Positions 1 through 12,675 of a DNA stretch of 64,000 nucleotides are shown piece after piece; position 1 is the stretch's first letter, and every line of letters begins with the position of its first letter. The position numbers and the translations under genes are program-made. The stretch is taken from NCBI GenBank assembly GCA_965113315.1, contig OZ220374.1. The stretch is one strand, 5' to 3'. This DNA comes from Podarcis vaucheri (Eukaryota). The notes under the pieces are model-generated. The model worked only from the letters and a program-made list of their open reading frames with translations, had not been told where the DNA came from and did not search any database.

Positions 1-838
1 TAATGGAAATGGAGACCATTTTGATCACAGTATGATTACTGACCATTCTAACAAGGGTCTGGCTCAGAACCCTTAGATCCCTCTGAAACTCATATTCTGA
101 GTTTCAAAATATGACGCTGGTACAGTCAACTAGTTTTCCAGTTGAAGGGGGCTTCTTAGCCCGTGGCCTGTGATTTTTATAACACAGTATTGGTTTTGAC
201 AACCATGCAAATGTTTAAGAAATGTTATTAAAATATGAGTTATGCTCTGATTTGTTGATCAAAAAAAGTTCATTGAGAACCACAGTAGATAAAAAAGGAA
301 AAGCTTGAGAACCACTGTTTTAGTATACAGAGCTAACCCTAGGGGGCAAGTAGTGTCACCAAAATTATAATGGTCTAAACTCAAGTTTTTGGAAAAATAA
401 TTATTGCTGGTAATGTTCAGAATTCAGAGGAAATGCAGCTATTGATTCAGCCTCTACAGCTGTGTATGGTCTCACTGTGAAGGAATTAATTTGTATTGGT
501 TATCTTAAACAACCACCTTTGTACACACAGGTTCCACACAATGCGTACCCAGGAATTGTTAGGCAAGCATTCTCACAATGAGCTGATGATTTCCATTATT
601 TCCCATGGAAACATTTAGAATCTGTGATTTGTCCATGCTCCTTCCCTCCCTGGTTTCTGCAGCAAAGTGCTGTGGCAAATCAGCAAAAGCCAAACAAAGG
701 GGAAACTAATTTATCCAATCTTTCCTTCTCTCTGATTTGTCCAATCTCTCTCTCTCTCCATTTCTGCCCCAAATGACTTCTGCCTCCGACAAGCAAAACA
801 CAAACATGTAAGGAAGGAGGCAAACATTTGGCTCTTCG

Positions 839-1053
839 TCAAAATAAAAAAAATATTCCTTCCAGTAGCACCTTAAAGACCAACTAAGTTAGTTCTTGGT
901 ATGAGCTTTCGTGTGCATGCACACTTCTTCAGATACACTTCGTGCATGCACACGAAAGCTCATACCAAGAACTAACTTAGTTGGTCTTTAAGGTGCTACT
1001 GGAAGGAATTTTTTTATTTTGACTATGGCAGACCAACACGGCTACCTACCTGT
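839..1053. mobile_element. Penelope-like element relic (inverted pLTR/3'-end pair) with 13-bp target-site duplication
   Basis: Direct repeat ATTTGGCTCTTCG at 826-838 and 1054-1066. Inverted arms 838-922 and 942-1023. The TCCAGTAGCACCTTA.AGACCAAC motif is typical of reptile Penelope ends (from memory). Confidence 0.8.
899..936 (-). ncRNA. Minimal type I hammerhead ribozyme motif inside the Penelope relic
   Basis: Minus strand reads GUAU-CUGAAGA-A-GUGUGCAUGCACAC-GAAA-GC-UC^AUAC. It has the CUGANGA and GAAA core boxes, a self-complementary stem II, stem I GUAU/AUAC and a palindromic AGCU at helix III. Confidence 0.7.
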
Positions 1054-1441
1054 ATTTGGCTCTTCGGATATCATTCAAATACCTACAGGTATTTCAAAAA
1101 TGATTAACCAACTTCATGTACACAATTCACTAAAGCATGGGGGAAGGAAGTAATCCTTTTTAAGCAGAGTAGTCCCATTTTTAGTAACTGTCAAATGGAT
1201 AATTCTAATGATGCACACAATGTATCTAGCTAGATAATTATTGACAGTATTTTTGTTTGAAGTGGTTGACTAATTTAAACAAACTCTGGATTTCTGACAT
1301 AATGCTCCAGCCACTTCCACCATGGAAACTCCATTCATTTCAGTATGGTTTATATAAGGTTCCTGGTATTTATATTTGGGTAGAGGAGGCAGTTGTCAGC
1401 ATGCAATAATCAAATGCAGGGGAAGCGGGAAAGAGACTTAC

Positions 1442-1535
1442 CAGAAATATTCTTTCAAGTTGATCTTGAATGTCTTTCATTCCTGGAAAAGCAGCAACAC
1501 CTTGAATCATTTCGACAAAGATACAACCAACTCCC
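1442..1535 (-). CDS. CDK14: CDK14 coding exon (94 nt, phase 2/0): (W)GVGCIFVEMIQGVAAFPGMKDIQDQLERIFL
   Basis: Completes DMWGVGCIF (subdomain IX). Acceptor ttctttccag|G, donor CTG|gtaagt. The gene continues beyond the left edge of the window. Confidence 0.98.
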
Positions 1536-3053
1536 CTGGAAAGAAAAAAGTTTAAAATATTTTGGGGGAAATCTCATATTAGAAACTGATACACAGTCTG
1601 TACATTGGTTTTCACGAGATTTTTTTCCTTGCTGCAAAAAGATGCAAGACAGATTACATTGAATGCCTGATAATGACTCAGAACTGTCTCTTTGAAAACA
1701 GATTGTTTCAGTGTGAACTGCAATGCTAAAAAGCTGTCCTGGGGGTTTCTTTGATTGCACAGTGGAAGAAACACCCCATGGTTTTAAACATCTTAAATAA
1801 AATGAAATGCAGTCACCCTGCAGTACAGGAGCACATGCACAACATAAAAACAGGAAATCCCTAATAGCGCCTAGGACACGATTCAAAGAACTGCTCAACC
1901 AGTTACATGTGCCCAAAGGGTTTGTGCCCAAAGGGCTGGTGCTTCTCAAATAGCCTTTCATGTCACATGGCAAACTGTTTCAAAGCTGTTTGTGTATGAA
2001 GGGGTTTTTTTGTTTTTGTTTTTTTTACACCTAAGTCAGAATTTCACTGGCTATGTCTAAAACATTGCTTTAGATACCAGCCACAGTTTTAGTTCTGAAC
2101 GAACCAGATGGTTACTTCTGATATACAGCACAGTCTGCATGTTCTGTTTTACCACTGAAGAGTAAAGATATTTACCACTGAGTATTATAGTTTCTGCAAA
2201 TAATGAAAGCAAAAGCAACAAAAGAGGCAGCATGTTTATTATTGCTGTGTATGCCATCATATTTATCCTTGACCACAACTTTATTTACCTATAACAGCAG
2301 CATTGTCTTGTGTTTCATTGTACTGGTCCTGATTTGACCTAAGCATTGATGTTCTTACACAATAGGGTTCGACATCTGGATAAGATATGCCTCAGCTAAA
2401 AGTTTTTCTACATCTCCATGTGGGCTAAATATGTATCATTACAACCAAAAGTAAATATGCATATCAGTACTCCAACAACATTTGAATAGTTCGTGACATA
2501 ATTGCTAGAATGAAAATAATTCTCAAAAGTATTTTCAAATGGCAATGATATACTTGGAAAGTAACACATTTTAAGTGTGCCAAAGTAGTGAAACACCATC
2601 TCTTTAAAACATGCAATCTGCTTTCATTAATTAAGAGATCCTAACTGAATATTTATAAGTCACATTTGGCAAAGAGCCCTTTAATTAAAACTCATTTAGT
2701 GATATAGGTGACTTGTTTTTTTAACCCAGTTAGAATATATAGCTAAATTTTAGTGCACAATCTAGCTTCATCAACTGCAGTCTTAAAAAATATTGTTTAA
2801 GATATCTGAGATTGAAAAGATGCATATTGTTAAAGTATGACAAAGAGCACACAACTAATTCCTAGTTACGTTTCTTGTGCTTAAAAAATGGGATTGACAT
2901 TATTCTCCTTAACTGGCTAGGGCATATGGAAGGAATTGAATTGATGAAGCTGCCATTCGTCACCTACTTTGGTAAATGCTTCATTAAACCCAATGTATCT
3001 TTGTCAAACACAGACAATATTTAAAACTGTGATTTAATAATGTATTCATATAT

Positions 3054-3099
3054 GAGAGAGAGAGAGAGAGAAACAGACAGACAGACAGACAGACAGACA
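3054..3099. repeat. Compound microsatellite (GA)n-(CAGA)n
   Basis: Directly visible. Confidence 0.95.
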
Positions 3100-3386
3100 T
3101 GTTGCAGACATAGGTATCCTGAAAGCAGGTAGTTCAAATTCTGTTCATGCATCCCAACACTGACCATTTAATTCATTTTAAATATTAGAGTGATTCTAGG
3201 AACTTCTAAATATCTATGAATGTCAAATGGTAAACTTCATTGATAGAGAAATTCAAAGTTTTTTTTGGGGGGGGGGGTTAGTGAATCATTTAGTATACTG
3301 ACCCTTCATAAAATGGCAATTCTTGAAAATGTAAATTCAGAATGCAAATTTATTGAATGATGAGCCAAAGATAAGTAGTTGTTACA

Positions 3387-3515
3387 GTAGGGGAAGAGAA
3401 CCTATTGTTCTCCAGTTGTTGCTGGATTACAACTCCCATCACCCTTGACCATTAGTGACACTGACTAGAGCTGACATCCAACAACATCTTGAGTACCATA
3501 GGTTCTCCAATCCTG
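3387..3515. mobile_element. Decayed short palindromic (hAT-like) non-autonomous element
   Basis: Ends ...GAGAACCTAT / ATAGGTTCTC... are inverted. The internal GGATTACAACTCCCATCACCCTTGACCA motif has a related copy near 4600-4640. Confidence 0.5.
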
Positions 3516-4904
3516 TCCTAGGGCCTGGTCAGACATTACAGGCTGTACTCAAATGATCAATGATCAAATATAAGGTTTACTAAAAGAGGACAAATAACTT
3601 TACATAGAAAGTTGCCTTGTCATTGTCTCATCTACTTCAATGTTGTCTATATTGGCTGGAAGTAGATCACTGGTGTTTCACAAGGGGGCTTTACAAAAAA
3701 ATAGCAGTAAATAAAAATCAAAAAGCCCAACACTGTAATACAGGGGGAGGGGGGAATCTTCTAATTTTGGAGGATTGTTCATTATGCTGTTAATGTGGTC
3801 TTGAGGATCACCTTTTCTGCTCTTCTGACAACCTCCATTGACAGGTATATAGCCAATTATAGCACTGATGTCTCCTACATACAAAGAGTGGTCAGAACCA
3901 AGTTTTGATACTTATCCCCCGCAAAAAGGCCCTACAACTGGGCAACCTGAAACGAGGTGTGCCAAATCTGTCTATAGTTGCCTGCATCTTCCTGACTTGC
4001 CAGAAAGCAGTATCCTCAGGCTCTTAAAACATGCTACTGTCCAATGTTTTTGTTGTTGTTGTTGAATTAACCTCAAACTAACATCACAAGCAGCTATCTT
4101 AATACTGTTTCTTGGCAGAATGTAATAGAACCCTTGCCTTAAAAACAAAACAACAAAACAACTGAAGCTGGAGTGACAACCATATGATGCAGAAATGTGT
4201 GCCTTGCTCTCTCATGACAGCAAGCATAACTAAGCCTATTACATGTACTGGTGGGAACATATGGTCATACTATCTTAATGCTGTGGTTCCACTGTTCCTC
4301 TTAATTTTCTAGAAGCCTTGCATTTACCACAGCAATGATGGAACTGAAACTAACATCAACACAATGGATGATGTTTAAATAAGAATTTTGATTGTGGAAC
4401 TACTGGACAACAGGATGCACTCTCTACTAACAACGCTTATGTAAATTGTTTCAGAAAAGATGTCATGTGATGCAACAAGAGGAAAGACTTTAGCTTCTGT
4501 GAAATTTTACTCCAGTGGTTTTTGTTTTTTAAAGCAGGGGGTATTGGGAAACTTTGGCACAAAAGATTTAAAGCAGGAGTTGTTAAGCTGTCTCTCCAGA
4601 CATTGTTGGACCACAACTTCCACCATCCCTAACCACTGGCTGTGACAAATGGAGCTTGAATCATCCTTCCAAGGCCCCTGAAGTTAATCAGGGTTGGGGA
4701 GAGTGTTGAGCGATTCTTACACAATGGAAAGTTAAAAAATAAAACCTGACCATTAAACTGTCAGATAGGGCTTGGAAAGATGTGGGTTACTGAACTCCAC
4801 TGTTTTTGGCAGAATAGATGAGAACCCTTGCAACAAAAAGAGTTGACAATTTCCATCAAATCAGTCATTCCACCTCCCACTGCCTTCTAAGCCAACATGA
4901 ATTG

Positions 4905-5021
4905 AGTTGTATCCAATGCCTGTCATATTCAGAATTCACTCACTGAAATAATGGACATAGGTAACTTTAGTTCATTAATTTCAATGGGTCTAAACTGAGT
5001 AGACTTTAGTTGGCTACAACC
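4905..5021. mobile_element. About 115-bp palindromic MITE-like repeat (GTTGTATCCAA...TTGGCTACAAC)
   Basis: Inverted termini. Related copies at 8066-8372 (interrupted) and 43761-43862. Confidence 0.6.
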
Positions 5022-7439
5022 AAAAGTGCACATATATGGACAACATCACTGATTTAAGAATCCTGTTTACACTGTTAAGTTGTATAAACTGAAAAGAAAT
5101 TCAAGGCACTGAATAAGCAGCTGCAGGTGAGAGTAGATCTGAAAGGGGCCTCTAGCCCGTATTTGACCGAATTTGTTGTGAGTCCTCCTCGTCCATCATC
5201 TATCTAACTTTCTCCCAAACAATTCCATTGCAAGGAGGTTCCCCGAAAACCGTTCTACAGATCCAGAGAAGCTCAAGCACCATGCTGAAGACAACCTCAG
5301 GCAGCTCGGTTAAGGAAGTTGATAGGCAGTTCACAAGCAGCATCCCCAGTGTGTCTCTAAGGTCCAAGGTAAGGTCCTTCAATTCTGCCCTGAGATAGAC
5401 AGGTCTTGTGCTAAGTTAGATGGAAATCCTATGGACTACAGTGAGTTCTCCCCAACAATCACTACTCAAAGCTATTAAGCCACTTGTTTGGAAACATTTA
5501 ATTCTGTAAAGGTTTGCTTCAGGCTAAAGATACAACTCTAAGCAATCTTACATTCCAAATATCTTTTTTTTAAAAAGGACCTTAATATATTCTCAGGCCA
5601 TAGTAGAAGGCGAAAGATTTATACGATCTGAAGAAAAACCAGAGACTGGTTTCTTCATAGACTGAAGAAAATGTTCTTCAATAAAACAGGATTAATTGCC
5701 CATCCAAAATGTGGGAACAAAGGATGCTTCTTGAGATAAAATGCCTCAACCTAATCTCAGAAGATCATTCTGCTGAAAGTTAATTCAGCTGATTACAGCT
5801 GATAAGAGTTCAGTGTCAGCATCTTTCCAGAAGTTTAATTAAGAATAGCTTGATAGTTATCATAAAATCCCGACCTCTTATGGATTAGCAATTCTTTAGG
5901 GTGAATACTGAAGGTAAAGAGAAATCTCCTCAGCTCAAATATTAGTTTTTGGACTAAGAAGTAATTTCCCAAGTATAAATTCCTTAACTGACTGTTTACT
6001 GGAAATACTTAATAATTTTTTTTTGCAAGTTTTGCAAATATCCATTATTACTAACACATATTTCTGTGTTAAACTAATTTTGGGGATGAGCGGTGCTGGC
6101 ACTTTCAAGAGCCAACAAACATGACAGGGAATTGAATTGATTGCAGCTGTGTATATAAGTGCATCTTTATGCGTAGTCCCTTATCCAAAGCAATGACCAA
6201 AGGAAGAATGACTTTTGGGAGGAGTGCAGAGAAGAGAAACACCATGGTGCATCTGCCCCAGCTGCAACAAAACATGTCTTTCCCATATTACTCTCTATCT
6301 TCTTACCACGGGACAGAGAGGGCAAGACAGAAACCAGACAGAGCAACCCTTGTCACAAATGCCAGCTTGGAAACATGGCAAGTGCTCAGGATTGTAGGAA
6401 GGAAAGTGCTAGTAGAGGTAAAAAGGGGAAAAAAATTGAGATCAGGTATTAGTTCCCACAATGCCTTTTAGACTTAAAGTATTAAAACATCAGGATTTGT
6501 TGACATAAAACATCCAAGTTTTCAAATGTTACACCTGTGATTATGCTAAATAAAACATACTAATTGCCTGAACAAAGGGGGGGAAATACTGTGCCTACAG
6601 CAATGCTTGATGCTGTCTTATGTCACACAATTCATCCAGCATATTACCACTCTACATGCTGACAGTAGTAAATTGCAGAACATTCCCCATTGATTCTTAC
6701 TGCTAGCCACAACCACTAATGCGTGTATGTCTTCATTAATATTATTAAAATTGCCAGTGGCTATTTGCAGGGAAAAGTGGAGAATGTTAATACTGTACAT
6801 GAATCATTAGTTTTTGGTTACTCTCCCAATGCCCTCCAATGACAAATGAAGTGCATAAATAGCTTACAGCCACTGCCACCTGCTTCCCAGAAACTGCCCA
6901 GTAGTTAATATTTGTATTACTTTTCAATACTTGTCCCTATGCCTCCTTTTCAACTCATCAAGACATATAACTAGAAGCATTTCACTGTAATCCAACAGTG
7001 TCACTGTAATCTAATAGCTGACAACTTTTTTTTCTTTTTATGCAAAACCAGCCGAGATCTGCATAAATATGTGAGGGGGAGACATGCTTTCTTTCCCTAT
7101 CAAAACTTCCATACAAGTGATCATATTATGCAAACAACTCACATTACCATTCACATAACCCCAGCCACCCAAGAACTAGGTAGCAATGTTGTGCAATTTT
7201 GTGCAGTTTTGTTTATTCCCTTACTAGCTAAACTTCTTCCCACCAACAGAAAATAGCCCCGTCTTTCTATAGGCATTGTACTGTCACTTCCTCCCCCATT
7301 CTACCCCACACTATTATTTGCATGTTTGCAATATGAAAATGTACAATGTAAATTTCATCCCTTCACCATTTCCCTCCCTTCTAAATGGACATACATACAA
7401 CACCAACACACCCCGGTCAAATTTTAATATTCTTACTGG

Positions 7440-7775
7440 AGTTTTGTAATGTATTCTATGTAGGGCTGTCATTGATGCTGTTTCAAAAGCTTCAGTCAGT
7501 GCTAAATGCAGCAGCTTCGACTGCTGACTAGGTTGGCTCTTTGGAATCATGTCACTCTGATCCTGATAGAACTGGCTACCAATCTGCTCCCAAGCCAAAT
7601 TCAGGGTGTTAATAAAGACTTACAAAGCTAGATCCATGGAGGAGCTTCTTTTCTTCTGTATACATTTGGCCAAGTTTCAAGATCAGCAGCTGAAACCCAC
7701 TTGGTTGTTCTGCAGCCTAAGGACATTTATTATGCAGCAATAAGCTAAAGGGTCTATTCTGTGATGGCACCACAT
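7440..7775 (+). mobile_element. L2-clade LINE ORF2 3' fragment (degenerate)
   Basis: Decayed translation resembling LQSVLNAAAxxLT...HVT.IL..LxWLP...QF.VL..TYKA, typical of the L2 ORF2 C-terminus. Confidence 0.6.
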
Positions 7776-8065
7776 GCAGAATATCCTGCCTTTCTAAATA
7801 CGATTGGCACAAACTCTTAATGAGTTTCAGCATCCGTTAACAGGCTATTTCAACAGGCCTTTATGGGAACTTGAATCACCTGTCATAAGCTTGATGCTCC
7901 TCCTGCCTTTGACTCTATGGTTATTTTATTTGCTCTTTTACTGTGTTACAGGTTGGATTGGAAATTATTTTAAAATCTTTTGATTTTCCAATACCACATT
8001 ATGATGAAGAATGGGTTATAAATATTTTAAATAAAGTAAGAATTCCAATCAATTTCAAACCAAAG

Positions 8066-8372
8066 GGTTGTATCCAACTAAGTTCTATGCAGAGTAGATC
8101 CGCTGAAATTAAGGGACCTAATCATGTCCATCAATTTCAGTTGGTCTAATCTGAGAATGACCAGAAATGGGTACAGTAGAACTTAATTCATTCCAGAGGT
8201 CCGTTCTTAACCTGAAACTGTTCTTAACCTGAAGCACCACTTTAGCTAATGCGCCACCGCAGAACGATTTCTGTTCTCATCCTGAAGCAAAGTTCTTAAC
8301 CCGAGGTACTATTTCTGGGTTAGCGGAGTCTGTAACCTGAAGCGTATGTAACCCAAGGTACACTATACAACC
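8066..8372. mobile_element. Palindromic MITE-like repeat interrupted by a younger Tc1/mariner MITE
   Basis: Starts GGTTGTATCCA. Its right terminus TGGG-TA-CAACC is split at the TA by the 8174-8365 insertion. Confidence 0.6.
8174..8365. mobile_element. Tc1/mariner (Tigger-like) non-autonomous element, internally deleted
   Basis: TA-flanked, CAGT... / ...AGGTACACTA ends, repeated TAACCTGAA/TAACCCGAGG motifs. Confidence 0.7.
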
Positions 8373-8512
8373 AAAAGCTCTTACACAAAGCTATACAGGT
8401 TTCAAAGGCATTAGCATACCTTTCCCTCAGGGCTTTTGTATTTTATTGTCTATCTTATTGGTAAGGAGCAAAATTTGCTTTAATTTGATACTTTGTTTGT
8501 ACAAGTGCCCAG

Positions 8513-8688
8513 CAGTTGTTCCCAATTAGCAAAGTACTGTGGCCCCTCTGTTTTACAAAGGCCAAGCCATAGACCCCCTACTTTTGATATCTCTATGGTG
8601 GTTTTTTTTTGTGTGAATGGTGCTGTGAACCCCCTGGTTGAGTTACACGGAACCCCTGGGATCTGCAGACCATCAGTTGGAACCACTC
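8513..8688. mobile_element. Decayed hAT-like MITE
   Basis: CAGTTGTTCCCAA ... TTGGAACCACTC imperfect TIRs. No clean TSD. Confidence 0.4.
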
Positions 8689-11353
8689 TCCTATGGCATT
8701 AGCCAAAGCTGGCATCATTTTTCACAGACAGATAGTTCAGATGGAAAATTTAGATGATTAGGTAACCATTAGTTAAAAGTTATTAGTCAAACAGGCACTT
8801 ATAAAGATGGTATATTAAACGTTTAACAGCAATCAGAAACTAAAATCATTCAGGAACTTACTTATAAAGCCTTGGGGCTTGGCCTTGGGGCTTTTGACCT
8901 TTTGTTTGGAATAGCAGTCACCCAATTCCCCAAATGAAATTCAGAAGTTTTCCATGTTGCACAATGATGCCATTTGAGAAGCACAATTTGAAGCTCTGCT
9001 AGGAACCAACCTAGTTGTGGTGTTCACCAGACAGTAGTTATAAAGTGTGTAAGGCTGTGTGGCTTTTTTGTAACAAACAACACAGATAATCAGAAAGCTG
9101 AAATGAACCTAATGCCTTGCAAAACTTAAGACCACTGGCACAATGGAAGGTGCCTCACAAATAACATCTCACAGCCGTACGGTGCCCCATATCTTAAAGT
9201 TTCAAAGTAGAATACTCTGATTAGAGGGGGTAGTCACATGCTACAGGAAAAGTATGACCTGGGCCTAGGTCCACTAGCCAATCTGACACAATAAGAAATT
9301 TCCCAACTGAGGTATATCAGTTATTCTCCAAACATAAAGTGAAACTCATCCAATACACAATGTATACACGGCAATCTATATGTGGAACAATATACATTTA
9401 TGACCACAAATATGAAGTACTTGTAGCATTAGTATAATCTCCAGAATCCAATATAATAGATTCTGTTGAAATCAATGAACACTTCCATGAAGTGTTTCAG
9501 ATCTGGGTGCTAACATTAGATGAACACAGCATAATACTTTTACTCTGCACATCAACAAAGACACTCAGAAAAGAAGACTTTTCATCTGTCAGCTATTTGA
9601 TCTGTCTGCTCTTCACTGCAACCTCAGCTTGTGATTTGCTCAGTATTTTCCAGAAGATGAATTATTTGTCATTTTATTGGATTCATATATTTGATAGATG
9701 CAATCAGTACTGCCTCATTTTTCTTCTGGAACAAAGCATTCTTATTGAAAAGCACCCTTTATATATCTTTTTGACTTGTGTTAAAGGTCCTACATCAGGG
9801 AACATCAATATTTCATGACCGTTATTAAATACATTATTTTTGTGTTCCCCTGCTAGGACCAGTTTTCACCTTGGCAATGGTAATGTATAGTGGTTGAAGG
9901 GGAAGTCTCCATTTGGTATTAGAAAGTCATCAATTCTGTACTGAATTAGAGCATCTCTATTAATGTTTCAAAATTACTGCTGCATTCCTGTCAGAACCAT
10001 GACCTTTGCATTTATATAATAAAATTTTAATTTGATGATCATTTTTATCTGAATAATGCTACACAGTCAAATTAAATCCTTAATATCTTTCACACCATCC
10101 CAAAAGAGCATCTTCTTCCCGAGTATAAAATCAGAATTTACACATCCATTAATATGAATTTTCAAAATTATTATTTATTAAATTTATATCCTGAACCTTC
10201 CTCCTAAGGAACCCAGGGATCACACACAGCCCCCTACTCCTAGCAGCAAAAAAATTAGAGACAAACTAGATGTGATGGCAGCAAATGCTATCCATGACCC
10301 TATCTATGTAGAAAGCTGGGGGGGGGGCAGTTTTAACACCAAGATGTGCCATTTTGGAGTACAGAACTCTATCTTCCCAGTCACCTTTATTTTCAGATGA
10401 GCTTCAAATACCAGAAGCATGCTCAGTTCTGATAAGAGTGCCTGTACACAGGTGGTAACTTATAGTAGGCTTCAGTAGCCCTCATTCATGAGTCCCTTTT
10501 GCTGTTAAATTCTACTCTTACATTATACATGGGCGGGGGTGGGGTGGAATCTACTGCCGTTGCAATAAGTCTGCCCTTTATGCTTCAGCATTTCTTTCAA
10601 CAGGTAAGGGCCATTGCTTCATTCAGCCAGTGGTGGAAGGGGTATTATGCCTTGCTTTGTTGAATTACAGAAAAAAGTGAGAGCCACTGCTACTCTACAA
10701 CCAAGCCACTGGAGGATCCTGGCCACAGGGTAGATAAGCATGACCTTTGCCTTTTCCCTCAAGTCACACATGAAAACAGAGCTGATGCAGCATCTGTCAT
10801 CAGGAAGGAACAGAAGATAGCACACCAGTGCTAGGCAGTGTAACCAATATCCTCCTTCCTTCCAGCAGAGAAGCTGCAGGTGGAGGCAAAGTGCAACTAA
10901 TTCCCATACTACAAACTTACTAAAAAAATAATAATCCCTGTACAGTTGAAATATTAGAAATGGGCATTGTTTTTGCTTGATGATATGCTCAGTGTCCCAG
11001 GTAATACAGTTTTTTCTTAATGCTCATTGTTATTACACAACTGTGTACCAATGTTTAGGACCAGCTAGCCCTGTCATTAGGCAGAGTGAGAAACTTGTCT
11101 CAGGTGGCAGGTAGTGTAGGGCAAGGAGTGGCAGCAAAGCGCCGGAGGACAGAGCTAGACTACTGCCTTCAATGCTGAAATAAGATTGATCTGCCAGTCT
11201 GGTCAGCTTCTATATGTGGGATGAGGAAGACACCATTTTGTCTTTTTCCTCAGGCAGAAAAATGTATTGGGCTGGCCCTGCCAATGTTACTGGATCTTGG
11301 ATTACATGTATTCTGTCTAATTCCCTTCAAGTATTTGCTGTGCTGCAAAATTA

Positions 11354-11883
11354 CCGCATTTTTCGCCCTATAGGACGCACCGGTCCATAGGACGCACCTA
11401 GATTGGGGGGGGGGAATAAAGGGGGGAAATTATTTTTTTTCCCCAGGCGCGGGGCTGGGGAGGGGGAAGCCTGAGCTTCCCCCTCCCCCGGCCCCCAGAA
11501 CGGGACCCAGAGTGATGCCGAAGCTGCGTGCAGCTTTGGCATCGCTCTGGGAGCTTGCAGGGCTGGAGGAGGGGGAAGCCCTCCGCCAGCCTTCTAACCA
11601 AGTCTAACTGAGTTTGCGGGGCTGGCGACAGGGAGGAGCAGGCTTCTCCCCCCGCCAGCCTTCTAGCCAAGTCGGGGGACAGCGGGAAAGGCACGCTGCG
11701 CCTCCCGCTGTCCCCCGAGCTTGTGGGGCTGGCGGTGGGGCTCTGCTGAAGCCTGGAGAGGAGAGGGTGCCCTATCGCTCTCCAGGCTTCAGGAAAAGCC
11801 TGCATTCACCCCATAGGACGCACACACATTTCCCCTTCATTTTTGGAGGGGGGAAAGTGTGTCCTATAGAGCGAAAAATACGG
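11354..11883. mobile_element. Tc1/mariner-superfamily MITE (530 bp), GC-rich
   Basis: TA TSD on both sides. About 27-bp TIRs CCGCATTTTTCGCCCTATAGGACGCAC / rc CCGTATTTTTCGCTCTATAGGACACAC. Subterminal CCATAGGACGCAC repeats. Confidence 0.9.
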
Positions 11884-12675
11884 TATCCAGAAAATCAGTT
11901 TGTTTTTTTAAAGATGTAAAGGAAGACTACAAACAGTCACATGACTTGTCTGAAATCTGTGACTACTTATAAACATATACACCAATAAAGGAGAAGGGAA
12001 GCATGGCTGTTCCATTCGTTCTGCTATGATATCAACTAACTTTGGCTCCTTCTCAACTGCAACCTGACCTGACAGCAGCCATTCCATTGGGCAGGAGTGG
12101 AGGGAACGAAGATTAGCAGGCTTATCCCATCTGTAAGACAGCAGCTGTATTTGGCTACTTCTTCTTCATCTGCCACCTAGCAGGAGTTACTCAATCAAGC
12201 TACTCAAATTGCTCCCATCCAAGCTGGTCATATAGAAGTTTCTAACTCTAAGAACTGGTACCTGAGTTTACCCAGTCTTTTTTTCCTTTTGTGCTATATC
12301 TTTTAGATTGTAAACCTGAGGGCAAGGATTATCTAATTTTTTTATTGTTTTTAACTGTGAGTCCATCTGAGAGCCTTTTTTGGTTGAAGTATGAGACTAA
12401 GATACAATAATTAACCATTGGTGAGAGAGCATAGAGGTTTCTTACAGAAACAGTATCTGGAAACCTTAGTCTACAAACAATGTACTGCTTTTTCTTACAG
12501 AGAACTCCTATGTACATGTACTCCAAAATAAGTTCCACTGAGTTCAATGGGACTTATCCCTTAGTCAGCATGAACAAGACTGCAATCTTTGCTTGTCAAG
12601 CCCACTGTGTGTCTAACAAATCAAAGTCACAGCAAGTTAGAACATATGGATCCTGTAAACGCACTGTATTCTTAC

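Noticed and set aside
1455-1973. Longest ORF in the track (172 aa, minus strand)
   Set aside because: Overlaps the real CDK14 exon in the wrong frame and the rest is intron. No recognisable domain.
5200-5388. Possible poison or alternative exon (minus-strand CTCAG|G in frame with a 60-aa ORF; also a plus-strand AAG|GTAAGG donor)
   Set aside because: No matching strong donor on the gene strand and the peptide is unrecognisable. Such sites arise often by chance.
11351-11919. Overlapping GC-rich ORFs that look like a CpG island or gene start
   Set aside because: Essentially within a TA-flanked MITE. The ORFs follow from high GC content.
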